From contig CM052837.1 of the NCBI GenBank assembly GCA_028534125.1, forward strand, positions 21,948,001-22,012,000: DNA of 64,000 nt, read 5' to 3'. Positions 1 to 12,093 of the stretch are shown here, piece after piece. The notes below the pieces were generated by a model, which was not told where the DNA came from, ran no database searches, and saw nothing but the letters and a program-made list of their open reading frames with translations. The translations under genes and the position numbers were made by a program. Source of the stretch: Lama glama. Lineage: Eukaryota. The stretch's first letter is position 1. Every line of letters begins with the position of its first letter.

Positions 1-1839
1 GTTACATGGCCGAATCTAACCTCAGTGGAAGAAGGATACAGAATTCTCTCTTAGGAAGGGCAGTAAATATTTTGCAGGATAATACCATCTACCCAGTGGG
101 TGTTAGGCATGTGGGCAGCTAGTAATCAAAGGTTCCTTTGAAACTTCTTTGCTTTTTCTCACTTTTATGGCTGTTGTGGGAACTACACTGAGGAAACCTT
201 CTAAAGATTTTAGGCATAGAGGGGGCTAAAGCCATGTGCAATCTGTGCAGTGTCCCAGCCTGCTTTGTTGAAAAGTCAGGCAGTCGGCTAGTTTTTACTT
301 GGTGTATTACTGTAATGACAGTCACCTGGTTGGGCTGATTTTGTCACTTAACTGTTGGAGACTATCTACTGCTTAACCATCCAGTATAACCCGCCTGCCC
401 TTTCACAATATAAAATTGGTTGCTCCATCCTCTGTGCTCTTCAAATAACACCCTCCTCTAATGGCTTGTGAATTCATGAGGCAAAGGAGATTGCTTTGCT
501 AATCTTCGTATGCCAGAAACTCGCCATTTGCCCTGGCTTTGGATATGCACGTAAGAATGTGGCTGGCTTGCTGGACAGCTTACTTGAATTCTTATGACTT
601 TATAAGCTATACAAGGAAATGGGGATTTAGAGAAATTTTTCCACTGTGTTAGGTGGACCTCTTTCTCCCCATTTTACAGAAGAGAAAACTGAGATTCAGA
701 GAGGATAATTAACTGATGGATTTGGAGGAAGCAGGTGGTGCTTAGACATCTGGAGTGGAAGCAGAGATGTCCAGTGCAACCTGTCCTGGCCATGTCACCT
801 GGAAGATGAGGAAGGAAGAAGGCCATCACTGTGGGTACTGGGGGCTGGTGTTTCCTTTGCACTCTTTTGGCTGTTTAAGGAAAAGAACAAAATATTTCCC
901 CAAGTGTCTCTCCAGGGAAGTGGGGAGTTCCTGAGGGTCAATAAGCTAAGGTCAAGAGACTTTGAGAGCTGGGCTGCAGAGTGTGCTGGTCTGCAGACAT
1001 GGCTCCTGAGTCTCAATTCCCTTCTGGGATGGGGGAAGGCAATTCCAGGGGACAAAGAACTTCAGAAGTCACCAGAGGAAGTGGAATCTTATCTGCCTCC
1101 TCCATCAACCAGAAAGCCCATTGGTAATTAACAAAGTCCAGAGCCGGAACGACTCTTTATGCTGCTAAAAAAGGAGCAGAAAAGCAAAAAATTCACTCAG
1201 TTGTCCACGTGGGATCACCCCACATGGAAATGAAGCAAAGACCCATATTAAGTGTCCATTATTTGCCTTGTGTCTTCCCAACCCAATTTCGTGAGTTCTC
1301 TCAATAACAAATAACCCTAAGAGCTAGGAACTATGGTGAACAAGACAGCTAGGGCTTCGGGGCTTCGAGAGGTAAAGTCACTTCCCAAGATCACACAGCT
1401 AAGTAAGCCGTGGAACTGGGCTGTGCCCGTCTAGAGTCTGAGCCCCGACCCACCGTACATCAGGGATGGTCTAGCTGGCTCCCCATCTTTTCTCCACTCC
1501 AGTTTCCACATGAAGACACTAGCAGAGTCTTTGAAGGCCAAGTGACAAGCCTGAGATGGCTGAGAGGGTTTGAGAAGGTTGATGACCTGAGTTCAGCCTT
1601 TCTGGTGCTGGGGGAGGTGTTCCTGGCTCTTGGCTTTGCAAATGCCAAAAGACCGCCGGGATTCCATCATTCCTACTCGTTTTACTGTGAGTGAATTCTT
1701 GGCTGACAAATAGCCCCAGATGAGGCCAGATAGTCCCTGGGTCACCAGCGTGGACCATGGGCAGGATTACAAGCAGAAATCTTTCTTTACCAGTCAGATC
1801 TTAGTTTGTCTTCTTTCTCTGGTGAATCACTTACCCTGG

Positions 1840-1992
1840 GCCTTTTCATGCTTCACTGTGCATAAATCACCAGAATCTTGTTATAATGCAGATTCTAATG
1901 ATTCTGAGTCAATTGGTCTGGGATGTGGCCTGCTAGCTAACTCCCCGGTGGTAGTGATGCTGGGTCCACACACCACACTTGGCACAGCAAGG
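1840..1992. mobile_element. MER5-type hAT-Charlie DNA transposon relic
   Basis: Sequence aatcaccagaatcttgttataatgcagattct...ggtctgggatgtggcctg...ccacacttggcacagcaagg resembles the MER5A/B core. Confidence 0.6.
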
Positions 1993-1998
1993 TTTAGG

Positions 1999-2287
1999 CC
2001 AGTGTTTCCATACTGTTTCCCAGTGAACCCTAGTGTCCAGTGAAATGCTGTTTTACCAAGCCAAATAAGTTTGGGAAATGTTAAGTCAAACAAAGTTAAA
2101 TGAGCTTCTTTGCTGCAGGACTTGTCAGAACCTTGATTATGTCAGTGTGCACGCGTCTCTCCAAGAATTGGATTTGGATATGCATTTTTTCCAACCTCAT
2201 TTTACCAGGAAAACCTCATCTTCGCCCAACCTCCTCCCAAGAGTACCTATTCATGAGTGTTCTTTGTAGCACAGTTTAGACATCACG
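1999..2287. mobile_element. Ancient hAT-Charlie MITE (MER112/MER103-like)
   Basis: Starts ccagtgtttcc, contains ccaaataagtttgggaaatg, ends near cacagtttagacatcac; family assignment from recall only. Confidence 0.4.
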
Positions 2288-3144
2288 GCTCCGGGCTTCC
2301 TCCTTCATTAAGCTTTATGCTCTCCACGCCGATGTATTTTCTTCTGTGCCTCCCCTTCCTCCAGCCTCTGCATATGTTTCCTTTCCTAGGCTGGAGATAA
2401 TTCATTAAAGCAACCCTCCCACTCACTGCCTCCCTCTTCTGATACACCTTTCCACCTCCTAACACCCCGACTAAAAAACACCATCAATATTTCATAAACT
2501 CACAGTGACAAATTTATTTTAATGTGGTCCACTGAGAGCCGGAGATTGATTGGCCCCTCAGAGGCGTGACACGTTTCAAAGCAGGATATTCATGGCGTGT
2601 TTTAGTGCCTACATTAGTCAGAGAGGAGCAGAGCCTGGATTTATCATCGTTATGACTTTCTCGGTATCTGTTCTCTCCTAGCCACTGGCAGCAACCCTCT
2701 GAATGCTCTCTATTGATTGGTTTTGTGTCTTTAAAATGTGCTGGCCAGGGAGGTGGCAGGCTTGGGTTCCCATGAAATTGAGCCTAGCTTGCTTGCTGGA
2801 GTTTCTGCATATTGGTAGCCTATGTTTAGGTGAAGCCAACTTGAATTCTTTGGGTTTTCACTCATTAGGACATCAGAAGAAGAGGGCTGAACTGCTTGCT
2901 ACCTGAAGCATCCTAGTGATTGGAAAATGGGGCAGCGAGGCATGTGGGTTATTCTACCAGCTGTTACTTTGCAATCCTGTTCCCCTGGCTGGAGAGGTCA
3001 TAAGAGGACACCCTGGGACGGAGACCTCCACATCTAGGATCCTGATGCCTGAAGAATTTCTTCTTTACCGTTCAGAACAGGCCCTGTGCAAAGCCAACCA
3101 AGACTGTTTTCAAATTTAGGAAACCCCTTGCTCCATAGATTAAA

Positions 3145-3400
3145 TAATAATTATTATAATGACAGGCAACATTTATTAAGCACTTACAATATGCCAAGTG
3201 CAGTGGGGTACGCATTACAGACACGGTCCTTTCTCACAACAACCCTGGGAAGAAAGTATCATTATTATTCCCACTTTACAGATAAGGAAACTGAGGCGGT
3301 TTAGAGAGTTTAAGCAGCTGGCTCCAGTCTATGCATCTGGTAAGTGGTGTAGTAAAAATAAAGCCCAAGACTACCTGGCTTAAGATTGTGGCTCTTAGCC
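3145..3400 (-). mobile_element. MIR SINE
   Basis: Antisense MIR core attcccactttacagataaggaaactgaggc and catttattaagcacttac. Confidence 0.85.
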
Positions 3401-4256
3401 AAACTGAGCTGGACTGCTTCGTGATGCAGCAACCCAGGGAACCTACTGCTATTGAACTGAGATGTTCTATTCAACATAGTCTTGCTTCTTCATTAATGCA
3501 GAGGGAAAGGCGTTTCTTCAACAATATTCTTGGGCTAATTAATTTCATTTTCCACATGACTTTCAGAGTAAGTAAGCTACTGTTCTTTTGAATCACCCCC
3601 ATTTCTCATCAAGTCACATCTCCCCAAATTAACATGCATTACTAGAACCCTGTCATATCACCACGTTACCAAGAGCTGCGTTAACTTGTATGTGGCAAAC
3701 TTGCCTTCGGTACATGTTTCCTTAGCACCCACCGGCACCCAGGCCCTACCCAGAAGGAGTTTCTGTTCCAACAAAAGAGACGGGTGTATAAGCAGCTGGC
3801 TGTGCACAAAGGCGGAGTGTGGTGAGATGAAGGGATATCATGTGATTACAAAATTGAGGACAGAAGAGTTAACGCTCACTGGGGACTTTTTCTGGGAAGT
3901 GTTTCCGGTCAAGTATCAGTTGTGCTGGGCCTGGAAAGATAAGCAAAGATTTCAAGAAGCAGAGATGGGTCTGAGGACGTTCTATTCAGGGGTGTTGTAA
4001 ACAGAGGCATAGTGGTACGGGAGTGGTATGGACATATTATGTATGTCAGGGACACATGACTTGAATGACCAGAAAATTAGAGAGAAACCCTTTGAGTTTA
4101 TCTTTCTTACTTGTATGGATAAATGTAATAATGCAGTTTCTCCCCCTGTGTGGATAAGAATGCATTAAGCAAAATGACTGTGAAACAAATCCTAGTTCCA
4201 CTTGGCTTCCATTAGAAAGTCAAAGATATATGTCTGTGGGAGGGAGAAAACACTTC

Positions 4257-4275
4257 CTCCAGCAGATGGTACTGG
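4257..4275 (+). promoter_or_regulatory. Candidate CTCF motif
   Basis: CCAGCAGATGGTAC is one mismatch from the CTCF core CCASYAGRKGGC. Confidence 0.35.
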
Positions 4276-4879
4276 AGCGTATTTATGAGAAAGGAGTTGA
4301 GGCAGCAAGCACTTAATCCTGGCTATTGGAGACAGCAGTCAGCTCTGCTCTGGGGGGTGCATGCGTCCCTTCTCCACAGTCACCTTCCCATGGTGTCCTT
4401 TTATAGGGATTTTGCCAACTCTAGGGTTTTTCCTGAAGCAAAGGCCACCACCTACTGCCAGGACAATAGTTTCGTTGATGTTCAGGACAATTTTGACTTC
4501 ATATTTGCAAGGCCCAGAAGTTAGCCTCTCTTTCTGCCAGGATATAATCCAAAAGGACATTTCTCTGAAAGCCAGCTCACTATGACTCTGAATTTCTGAG
4601 AATTTTTTTCTGGACTCTCATTTTTGGAGAAAGGAATAAAATTCAGGAATACCAGCTTCTGTCCAGAATTTACTATAAAAGCCAAAGAATCACGGCCATT
4701 TCTAGAGGAGAGTTTCTTACTGGGTGTTCTGTAGATGACCTGCATCATAATTATTTGGAGTATTTATGGAAATGGATCCCTAGGCCCCACCTAAGAACCA
4801 TGGAATTCAGATCTCTGGGAATGGGGCCCAGAAATCTGTATGAACAAAAAATACAACAAAACTGCTCAGAAATTCTAAA

Positions 4880-5021
4880 GCACAGGCATGTCATGCATGA
4901 TGGGGCAGGGTTGCCTTGTATAGCACTAGGGGTGCCATCCACATCAGAGTCAATGGGACAAAGGGGACAGGGACTTCCTAGATTTGTGCAGTGCAAAACC
5001 TGCACAGCAGTTCATGGCGGC
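4880..5021. mobile_element. MER91-like hAT-Tip100 relic
   Basis: tttgtgcagtgcaaaacctgcacagcagttcatggcggc resembles a MER91 end. Confidence 0.5.
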
Positions 5022-5879
5022 ATTACATCGTAGAATCACTGTGGTGAAGGCTGGCATATATTAAGTCCAAGCCACCTCATTCTGCCTCTCCATCTACACA
5101 CTAGGCCAGAGATCCCTGGGGGCCAGAGTAGAGCTGCCATGAAGGCCTTGCACAAGCCTCATTCTCCAAAAGAAGACCCAAACATGTCTTCATCTGTAGC
5201 AAATAATCAGGTGGATTCAGGCATTTTGATAATGAAATAGTAAATGAAATGTGCTAATGTTTATCAAATACTGTTGCCTGGCGCATATTAGATATTTAAT
5301 AAACGTTAATTCTATCTTCTTTTACCTTTGCCTAGCATTTCTGTTAATTGGATTTTATCCTATAAACTCTGACTCATAGACTTACCTTCAATGTCATATT
5401 CCTAGTTACAGCTGGACTCTGACCCCAAATCTCCCAAGACCTCAGTTGCTGGCATGGGTGAATTTATATATTTTGGTTATGCAAATTTTTGAATTTTATT
5501 GTAACATAACATTAGATGCACTTACAGCTATGGGAACAAAATTCCAAACTGAAGTTAGACTTTTCCCAGTAGTAGCCTCCTGGCCATATGGAGCTTTGGA
5601 GTGTTTCGTTAGCTACTGGTGCTGTGGATTTCCTTCGTGAAATCCTCCGTATTTTGAACTCTCTGGCATCCTGGGCCTGAGTCACTGCTGGACTTGGGGT
5701 TTGAATTCAGCAACCCATGGAGGATTTGCATCCTACTATCTGTCTCTGAAATTGCTAATAAGCCTGAGAATCCTCAATGCCAAGTTTGGAAGTTTTACCC
5801 AATTATCTCCTGATAAAGTTGACAAAACTCAGCCAGAAGCAAGTGTGATGTGGATGAGGGTCTGCAGGGCCAGAAGATC

Positions 5880-6350
5880 TATGTTCGACTCATGGCCCAT
5901 GCTAACTGCAGTGTGAGCTTAGATAAATTACTTAAACTATCTGAGGCCTGAAAAATTACATAAATGAACTTATTTGCACACAAGATATAGACTCAAGAAG
6001 CAGAAAACAAACTATGGTCACCAAAGGGATAAATTAGGAGTTTCAGATTAACATATACACACTACTGTATATACAATAGATAAACAAGAAGGACCTACTG
6101 TGTAGCAAAGGGAACTACATTCAGTATCTTGCAATAATCTGTAATGGAAAAGAATCTGAAAAAGAATATACATACACCTGAAACTAACACAACATTGTAA
6201 ATCAACTACACTTCAATTAAAAAAACTGTCTGAGGCTTGGTTTTGTCATCTGTGAAGTGGGGACAAGCACGCTTACCTCATGGGCTGATGGATGGGATGC
6301 AATGTGCTAACATATGTGGAGTGACTAGCAATGGTAACCTGCATGCCCAT
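5880..6350 (+). mobile_element. MIR split by an L1 insertion
   Basis: gtgtgagcttagataaattacttaaac...ctgaggcttggttttgtcatctgtgaagtgggga is a continuous MIR once 5951-6222 is removed. Confidence 0.7.
5951..6222 (+). mobile_element. 5'-truncated cetartiodactyl L1 3' end with 17-bp TSD
   Basis: L1 3'UTR text (tagataaacaagaaggacctactgtgtagcaaagggaact...aacattgtaaatcaactacacttcaattaaaa); TSD aaactatctgaggcctg 5934-5950 and aaactgtctgaggcttg 6223-6239. Confidence 0.9.
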
Positions 6351-6800
6351 TCATTTATTTAAAATGTGAGGGGCTACAGTGTGTCAGTCCTGTGTTAAAC
6401 ATGAAGGATATAATGATGAACAAGGCCCACAGGGCTGCTATAGTCACAGAACTTAGAATTCACTGGCAGAGACTGAAAATAAAAAGTCAACAAATAGTTT
6501 CAGAGTAGTATGTGCCAAGAGGGAAATTGGGGCCACTTTAGATTGTATTATCAGGAAAGCTTCTGGGAGGAGGTAGCATTTGATCTGAGACCCAGACGAT
6601 GAGACTACATGAAGAAGACAGAAAGGCATGAAGCATGGTATGATCATTTCAGATGGTGAGAACAACATGTGCAAAGGCCCTGAGGCAGGGATAAGTATGA
6701 TGTGTTGGATGATGTGAAAGAATGCTGAGACATAAAATGAAACATAAAATGAAGCCAGTACCTCAGGAAAGGGTTTTATATTCTATTTTCAGTGCAATTG
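6350..6800 (-). mobile_element. L2 LINE 3' fragment
   Basis: cattcatttattt, tcaggaaagcttctgggaggaggtagcatttgatctgagacc and aacaacatgtgcaaaggccctgaggcaggg are typical antisense L2 text. Confidence 0.8.
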
Positions 6801-6869
6801 AAAGTTGGCACAAAGTTAATGCTACTTTTCCTCTTCCCTTCTATGAACTCAGCTGCTTGATTCATACTT

Positions 6870-7200
6870 TATACTAGTTAAGAATGTTTTTAGCTGCAAG
6901 TAACAGGAACTATAACTAACTTGTCTTACATAGGCAAGAGGGTGATTTTCTCATATAATATGTTCAGAGGTATGAAGATGCTGGTACTGGTTTAGCAACT
7001 TAACAATGTCATATTTCTGGGCTGTCTTCCCTGTGCTCCTCTTGGTCACAAAATAGTTGCCATGGCTCCAAGCATTGCATCCTCACACTATGTTTAGAGG
7101 CAAGAAGCAGGAGGCAGTGTGAAAACAGACAGCTTCTCTTCAAGTGCCTCTTGTTCTTTAGGTTAGAGAAAACTTTCCCCAGCAGAGTCTGGTGTCATAG
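6870..7200. mobile_element. Old MaLR LTR (MLT1K/L-like)
   Basis: agttaagaatgtttttagctgcaagtaacagga...ggtcacaaaatagttgccatggctccaagcattgcatcctcaca. Confidence 0.6.
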
Positions 7201-8089
7201 TGGTTAGTGTGGACTGATACCCTGGGGTCAAAGGATCTCCATCTGATATTTGAACAAAGCTGGTTTTCTGGAGGGGGGAGAAAGAAGAGTGGGGTAGGTA
7301 ATGGTAGTGATTGCCACATTCCTCATTTTCCCACCTACCTTCCTGAGTAAAAGCCACAGAATTTTACATTTTGACTCCAACTAGGGTCAGCAACTCTCAG
7401 AGGAGTCTTTACCAGCTTGGGAGCTTCTTTCAGATTCTTGTATTTTCCTCTGGCACCATCGCAGGCCACTTGTCCCCTGCTGCTCTTTAGCAAGTTAGAG
7501 GCACAGGATTTAATTAAAAGTGAAACTTGACAGAAGTATTTTTAATTGTAATAGAAAAATGCTGCCTGTTTTATAAAGGTGACAGTTTGCAAACACAAGT
7601 GTGAACATCTTCCTACCTCACTTGTCGCGGCCTCATCATGGAGTGGCAGGGTGGTGCAAGGAGATGGATCTGGTGTGAATGACTCGTTCCAGCAGTGAAG
7701 GATGCAGTCTGATTTTCTCCTGAGGAGTGCCAGCCGACATCTGTCATCAGGTGAGCATAGCTAATGAGATCCAAGGGGCAGCCTCCGGTACCTCCATTCC
7801 CCCCAGCCTTCAGGCTTGCCTGGAAGAGAGATGTAGCTCCCCTCTCATCCTGGGAAACTGGGGCACCCACAACACATTGCAGAAGCCAGCCTACCTTTCT
7901 TCCAGGCTTGAGTCTAGCTGTGAAGCAAACTGTTCATTCTGTTGCCACGATGTTTAACAACATCACTGTATTTAAAGGCTGATTGGCCGGCTGAGGGCTG
8001 TATTTGCATTTTTCTCCTGGATGTTGGACCAGCGTAGATTCAGCCTTGGGGTACCTGTGGGAGGCCACTGGATCTTCTAGAGGGGAGGT

Positions 8090-8670
8090 TGTGTCTCTCT
8101 CAATCTTGTTTTGCAGAGAGAAGTCTAGAGTGTACAAACTTAGGAAATGTTCAGCTGCAGGGAACAGGAGCTGACTCAAACTAGCCCAAGTGGAGAAATT
8201 TCTGGAGATACCCAAGGACTCTGGCATAACCTGTAACCCATCTGCAGGAACAACACATGGCTTCTCATACATCTGCTCCATGTCCCTCTGGAGACCTGCT
8301 TCCTTTGAAGGCTCCCAATTTCTGCTGCCCCACGGATCTCTTCCCCAGTTCTCAGTGCTGATCTAGCCTCAACTCTACCTGACCTTGCAAGTTCAACTGA
8401 TCATTCATTTATTAAGTCAATGATTCATTAATTTATCAAATAATCACACAGAAGTATGTATGCAGTTACAAACGGAGAGAGCTCCTATAAAGAACAGGAT
8501 TATGTATGATGTTCTACAGGCAACTCTCATTCTCAGTGATGTGGTTTTTACGATCCCAGTTGGAGAACGTGATTGGTCCAGCCTGGGACACCTGATCCAA
8601 TCAGTGATGGCAGAGGAGGGGAGGAGCCTGGCCGTGGCCCCTGCTTGTGGTGGAGCATGCTAGCTTAGCA
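8090..8670. mobile_element. Old MaLR LTR (MLT1-like)
   Basis: gagaacgtgattggtccagcctgggacacctgatccaatcagtgatggc is typical of MLT1J/N-type LTRs. Confidence 0.45.
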
Positions 8671-9762
8671 TGGGAAGGAGCAGGGAGGAAATGCTTGACA
8701 CCTCCGCTACAGAAAGACTTTGCTAAAAGACTCAGAGGTTCGCGTCCTAGATGCGGAGCTTATGATTCTGACTGGCTCCCGTGCCCATGACTCACCTGCC
8801 TGCAACTCATCTGGGCAGAGAACTCTGGGTCCCAAGTGCCAGGTGTGGGCAGGTGTCCAGCTGCAGGTGGTCCTCTGCTGAGGGGTGGCTGTATTGCAAT
8901 GAACCTAGACTCTGATTTTTTTTTTTCAAAGTTTCCTCTTCACTGAAATGACGTGAATGGCATCGGTACTCCAAGATGAACGGAAATCATAGGCACCGGA
9001 CGTGACAATGTCCTCCAAGTTTCTCAATGTTTGAGGCCAAAGCTTGGCATACAAGCTTAGCAGTATGATAAGGGCAGGCTGTAAAGGAGTGTTTCACCTG
9101 CTGATTTCCCCAGTGCCGATGGAGGATGGGCCAGTTCTGATCCAGTGTCAGGCATGGAGAGGCTTAGGGAGTCTGTGATGACAGCTTTATCGGGGCCGAG
9201 AGAGTCCCTCTCCTTGAAGAAGTTAATTAACAGTGCCAGACAGCCCCCATATTTAGTCGTCTGGGCATTCAGGGCTGGCTGGCTCAAGCTGGGACTCGCA
9301 GGAAGGCTGTGCGGAGAGGGTGCAGAGCAAGCATTCAAGGTTCTGACCGCTGTGGAAGGCGCCTGGCCAGGGGCGTCCATCTCAAGCAGCCTGAGCCTGA
9401 CTCCTCACTTTACTCCATTCACTTCTGTTCTCTGTGCTGGAAAAAGGAGGGACTCCTTGGTCCGTGGAGCTCTCCCAACGTACTGCCAGCTAGTAGGCTG
9501 GGTTGTATTTCAGAAGAGTTGCTACAAGGGAAACTCGGCCTGTAAGTCAAGCACTTTAGTTCTCCAGGCGTGAAAAACAACACTCTTTATCTCTGGCCAT
9601 GCCTGGCTTTGTGAGCTGTGTCTAACGGCCGCAGGAGGAAATATACCACAGCACTGTCAGAGTGGTCTCCAGACTCTTGTAAGTGGGAGGCCCCCATCTG
9701 GGGGTGCAGAAGGGGCTGGAGTCCGTCTTGACCTGTGATATGTTTGCCTTGAAACAAATGTC

Positions 9763-9890
9763 TAAAAAAAAATCATTCAATATTAAAAAGAACAACAACA
9801 GCAAAAAAGCCAGAAAGCAAAAAAAAAAAAAAAAAAAAAAAAGAAGAAGAAGAAGAAGAAAAGAAAAAGAAAAAACAAAAATAAAAACAG
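9763..9890 (+). repeat. A-rich low-complexity tract with poly(A) and (AAG)n
   Basis: Run of more than 20 A followed by gaagaagaagaagaag; possibly the expanded tail of an old L1 3' end starting near 9630. Confidence 0.9.
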
Positions 9891-10351
9891 AATCCCTGCC
9901 AGATTTTGCGAGTGTTAAATTAAACACTGAGCGAACAGAACGTACTTCGCACAGTGCTCAGCCCATAGTGAAGGCTCAGCGTATGTTAGGTGTTATTCTT
10001 ATTAAATACTTTTGCTATGTATGTTTCAGCCAAAGTGTCATCATTTGTCCCATCCCGTGTCAGTTTAAGTCCACATTGCTGGCATCTGCCCCGGTCCATT
10101 TTTCCCTGCTGTCTCGCATAGCAACCCAGGAACCATTCCTCCACCCACGCCCTCTCCCTTGCCCGTATTTAGGGCAGGTATCCTGCCTGCGCCCCCGTGG
10201 AGAAGGTTTTAATATCACTGAAGAATAAATATGGCCAGTTGGTGATCATTTATTATTTTAGCCTCAGCTTAAGCTTCAACATTTCCAGGAAGCCTTCCTG
10301 AGAAGCATCCTCCTTTCTGCTTTGAACCATTTTTTTTTTAAAAGCCCTGGA

Positions 10352-11100
10352 ATGTGGAATATTGTATTTGCCAAAGAAGGCAGCAACAATATTTCCCATC
10401 CTTAATGCTCCTTTACAATGTGATTTTGCCACTCCTCCTAGCTATGGGGCCTATGTCCTCTCTTCTTGAACCTGAGTGGATCTTTGTGATGATCTCGGCC
10501 AACAGATTAATGTGCAAGTGGTGCTGTGTGGCTTCTGAGACTGGATTATAAAAATGCCATGCAACTTCTGTCTTGCTCTCTGGGAACGCTCGCTCTCAGA
10601 ACCCAGCCACCATGCTGAGAGGAAGCCCAAAGGAGGCCACGGTGAGAAGCCACGTGGAGACATCACGTGTCTTGTTCCAGCCGGCAGCCCAGCTAGGGTC
10701 CAAATGGACAGTCAACATCAGTCACCAATCATGTGATGGGAGTGCCTCCAAATGAGAGGTCAGCAAAGGTTTTCTGTACAAGACTGGATAGTAAATAAGT
10801 TTTTGGCTTTGCAGGCCATACAGTTTCTGCTGCAACTACTTAATTTTGCTGATGCCATTCAGAAACAGCTATAGACAGTACACAGACAAGTGGACACGTC
10901 CAGATTTGGTTTGTGGACTGTAATTTGCCAACCTATGCTCTAAATGAGTTCTACCCTAGGCACTGAATTACTCATCCTTCTCCCATCCCAGCTGAGCTCC
11001 TGCTGGAATTCCTGACCCATGGAGTCCACGAGCTTAAAAAAACTGTTGCTTTCTGCTGCAATGTTTTGGGCTTGATTATATTGTAACGATAGTCCCTGGA
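10352..11100 (+). mobile_element. MLT1-family MaLR LTR interrupted by MER58
   Basis: tgtggaatattgtatttgccaaagaaggcagcaacaatatttcccatc...gaacccagccaccatgctgagaggaagccca...gaattcctgacccatggag. Confidence 0.8.
10754..10937 (+). mobile_element. MER58A hAT-Charlie MITE with 8-bp TSD
   Basis: Matches MER58A text (ggtcagcaaaggttttctgta...ggctttgcaggccatacag...tttgccaaccta); TSD ctccaaat 10746-10753 and ctctaaat 10938-10945. Confidence 0.9.
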
Positions 11101-11689
11101 TCAGTGCATCTCTACATTATTTTATAATTATCTGTTACCGTGTCTGTGTCTCTTTCTAGCTTCTGAGCCTCTCACAGGTCAGTGCCCAATCTTCCTCTTC
11201 TTCCTCCTTCTCTTCTGCAGCGGATCTAGTATCAGGCGCCAGATGTTGCATCAAATGCTTTACGTGAACTGTTGTCTTTGGCTTTTCCCACTATTTATTG
11301 CACCTTTGTTTTACAGATAAACAAAATGAGTCTCCATGAGGTTAGTAAATTGCTCAAGGTCACCTGGAACCATGATCTTTTTGATTCCAAGGTCTAGGAT
11401 CTTAACCATGATGCCATTTAGCCTTAAACTTTTCATATGAAATAAAGGTGAAAAGGCTTAAGAAGCATCCACTAGCCTATAAGACACTGAATCAGGAGGT
11501 CATGCTGTCCAGTTGCTCCTCCACTCCCAGGGCCTCCCAGAGTTCCTGGGGCACAGTGGCTGCATAGGAGTTTTTCCCTGGGTGAATGATTGAGTGAATA
11601 ACTAGCAACAGCCAGTTTCTCTTTTGATCAATGTCAGATGCAGTCAGACTAAGAGTGGAGTACACCTCCTGGTAGACCATTCACTCCAG

Positions 11690-12093
11690 TGAATGAGCGT
11701 TGTGTAGAGAAGGCTGGTGTCCTGCTCATCTTCCCCCGATCTGCTCCAGCTTCCTGCTTCTCTCTGCCTGAGGCAGTGACTTGGTCTGAAATTAGAGCTG
11801 GTCGGAAGTGTGGGGAAGTCAGAGCCCCAGAAGCAGCCCTCAACCAGTGAGGAATAGGATCTGGATAAATACTCCAGCTTTTCACCCTAGTAGGACAACT
11901 CTGAGATGTGGAACCAGCAGGCACCCCAACGGGATGAACCCCATTTGTATTGTCATCAATGCATCTTTTGTTGGCTTCCCCTCATTTCGGTCGCATTTTC
12001 CCAGTTCTTAGTAGTTTTTTGAAATCACTTCCCAAATTAGTAAGTTTCACCCAAGTCCTAGTCTTCAGGTTTGCTTAAAAGCAAACCTAAGGC
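11690..12093 (+). mobile_element. LTR16-family (ERVL) solo LTR
   Basis: cagaagcagccctcaaccagtgagg...ataaatactccagc...ggacaactctgagatgt...cacttcccaaat...aaacctaaggca. Confidence 0.75.

Noticed and set aside
9683-10228. 181-aa Lys/Arg-rich ORF resembling a basic nuclear protein
   Set aside because: It is the translation of a poly(A)/(AAG)n tract followed by MIR-like sequence.
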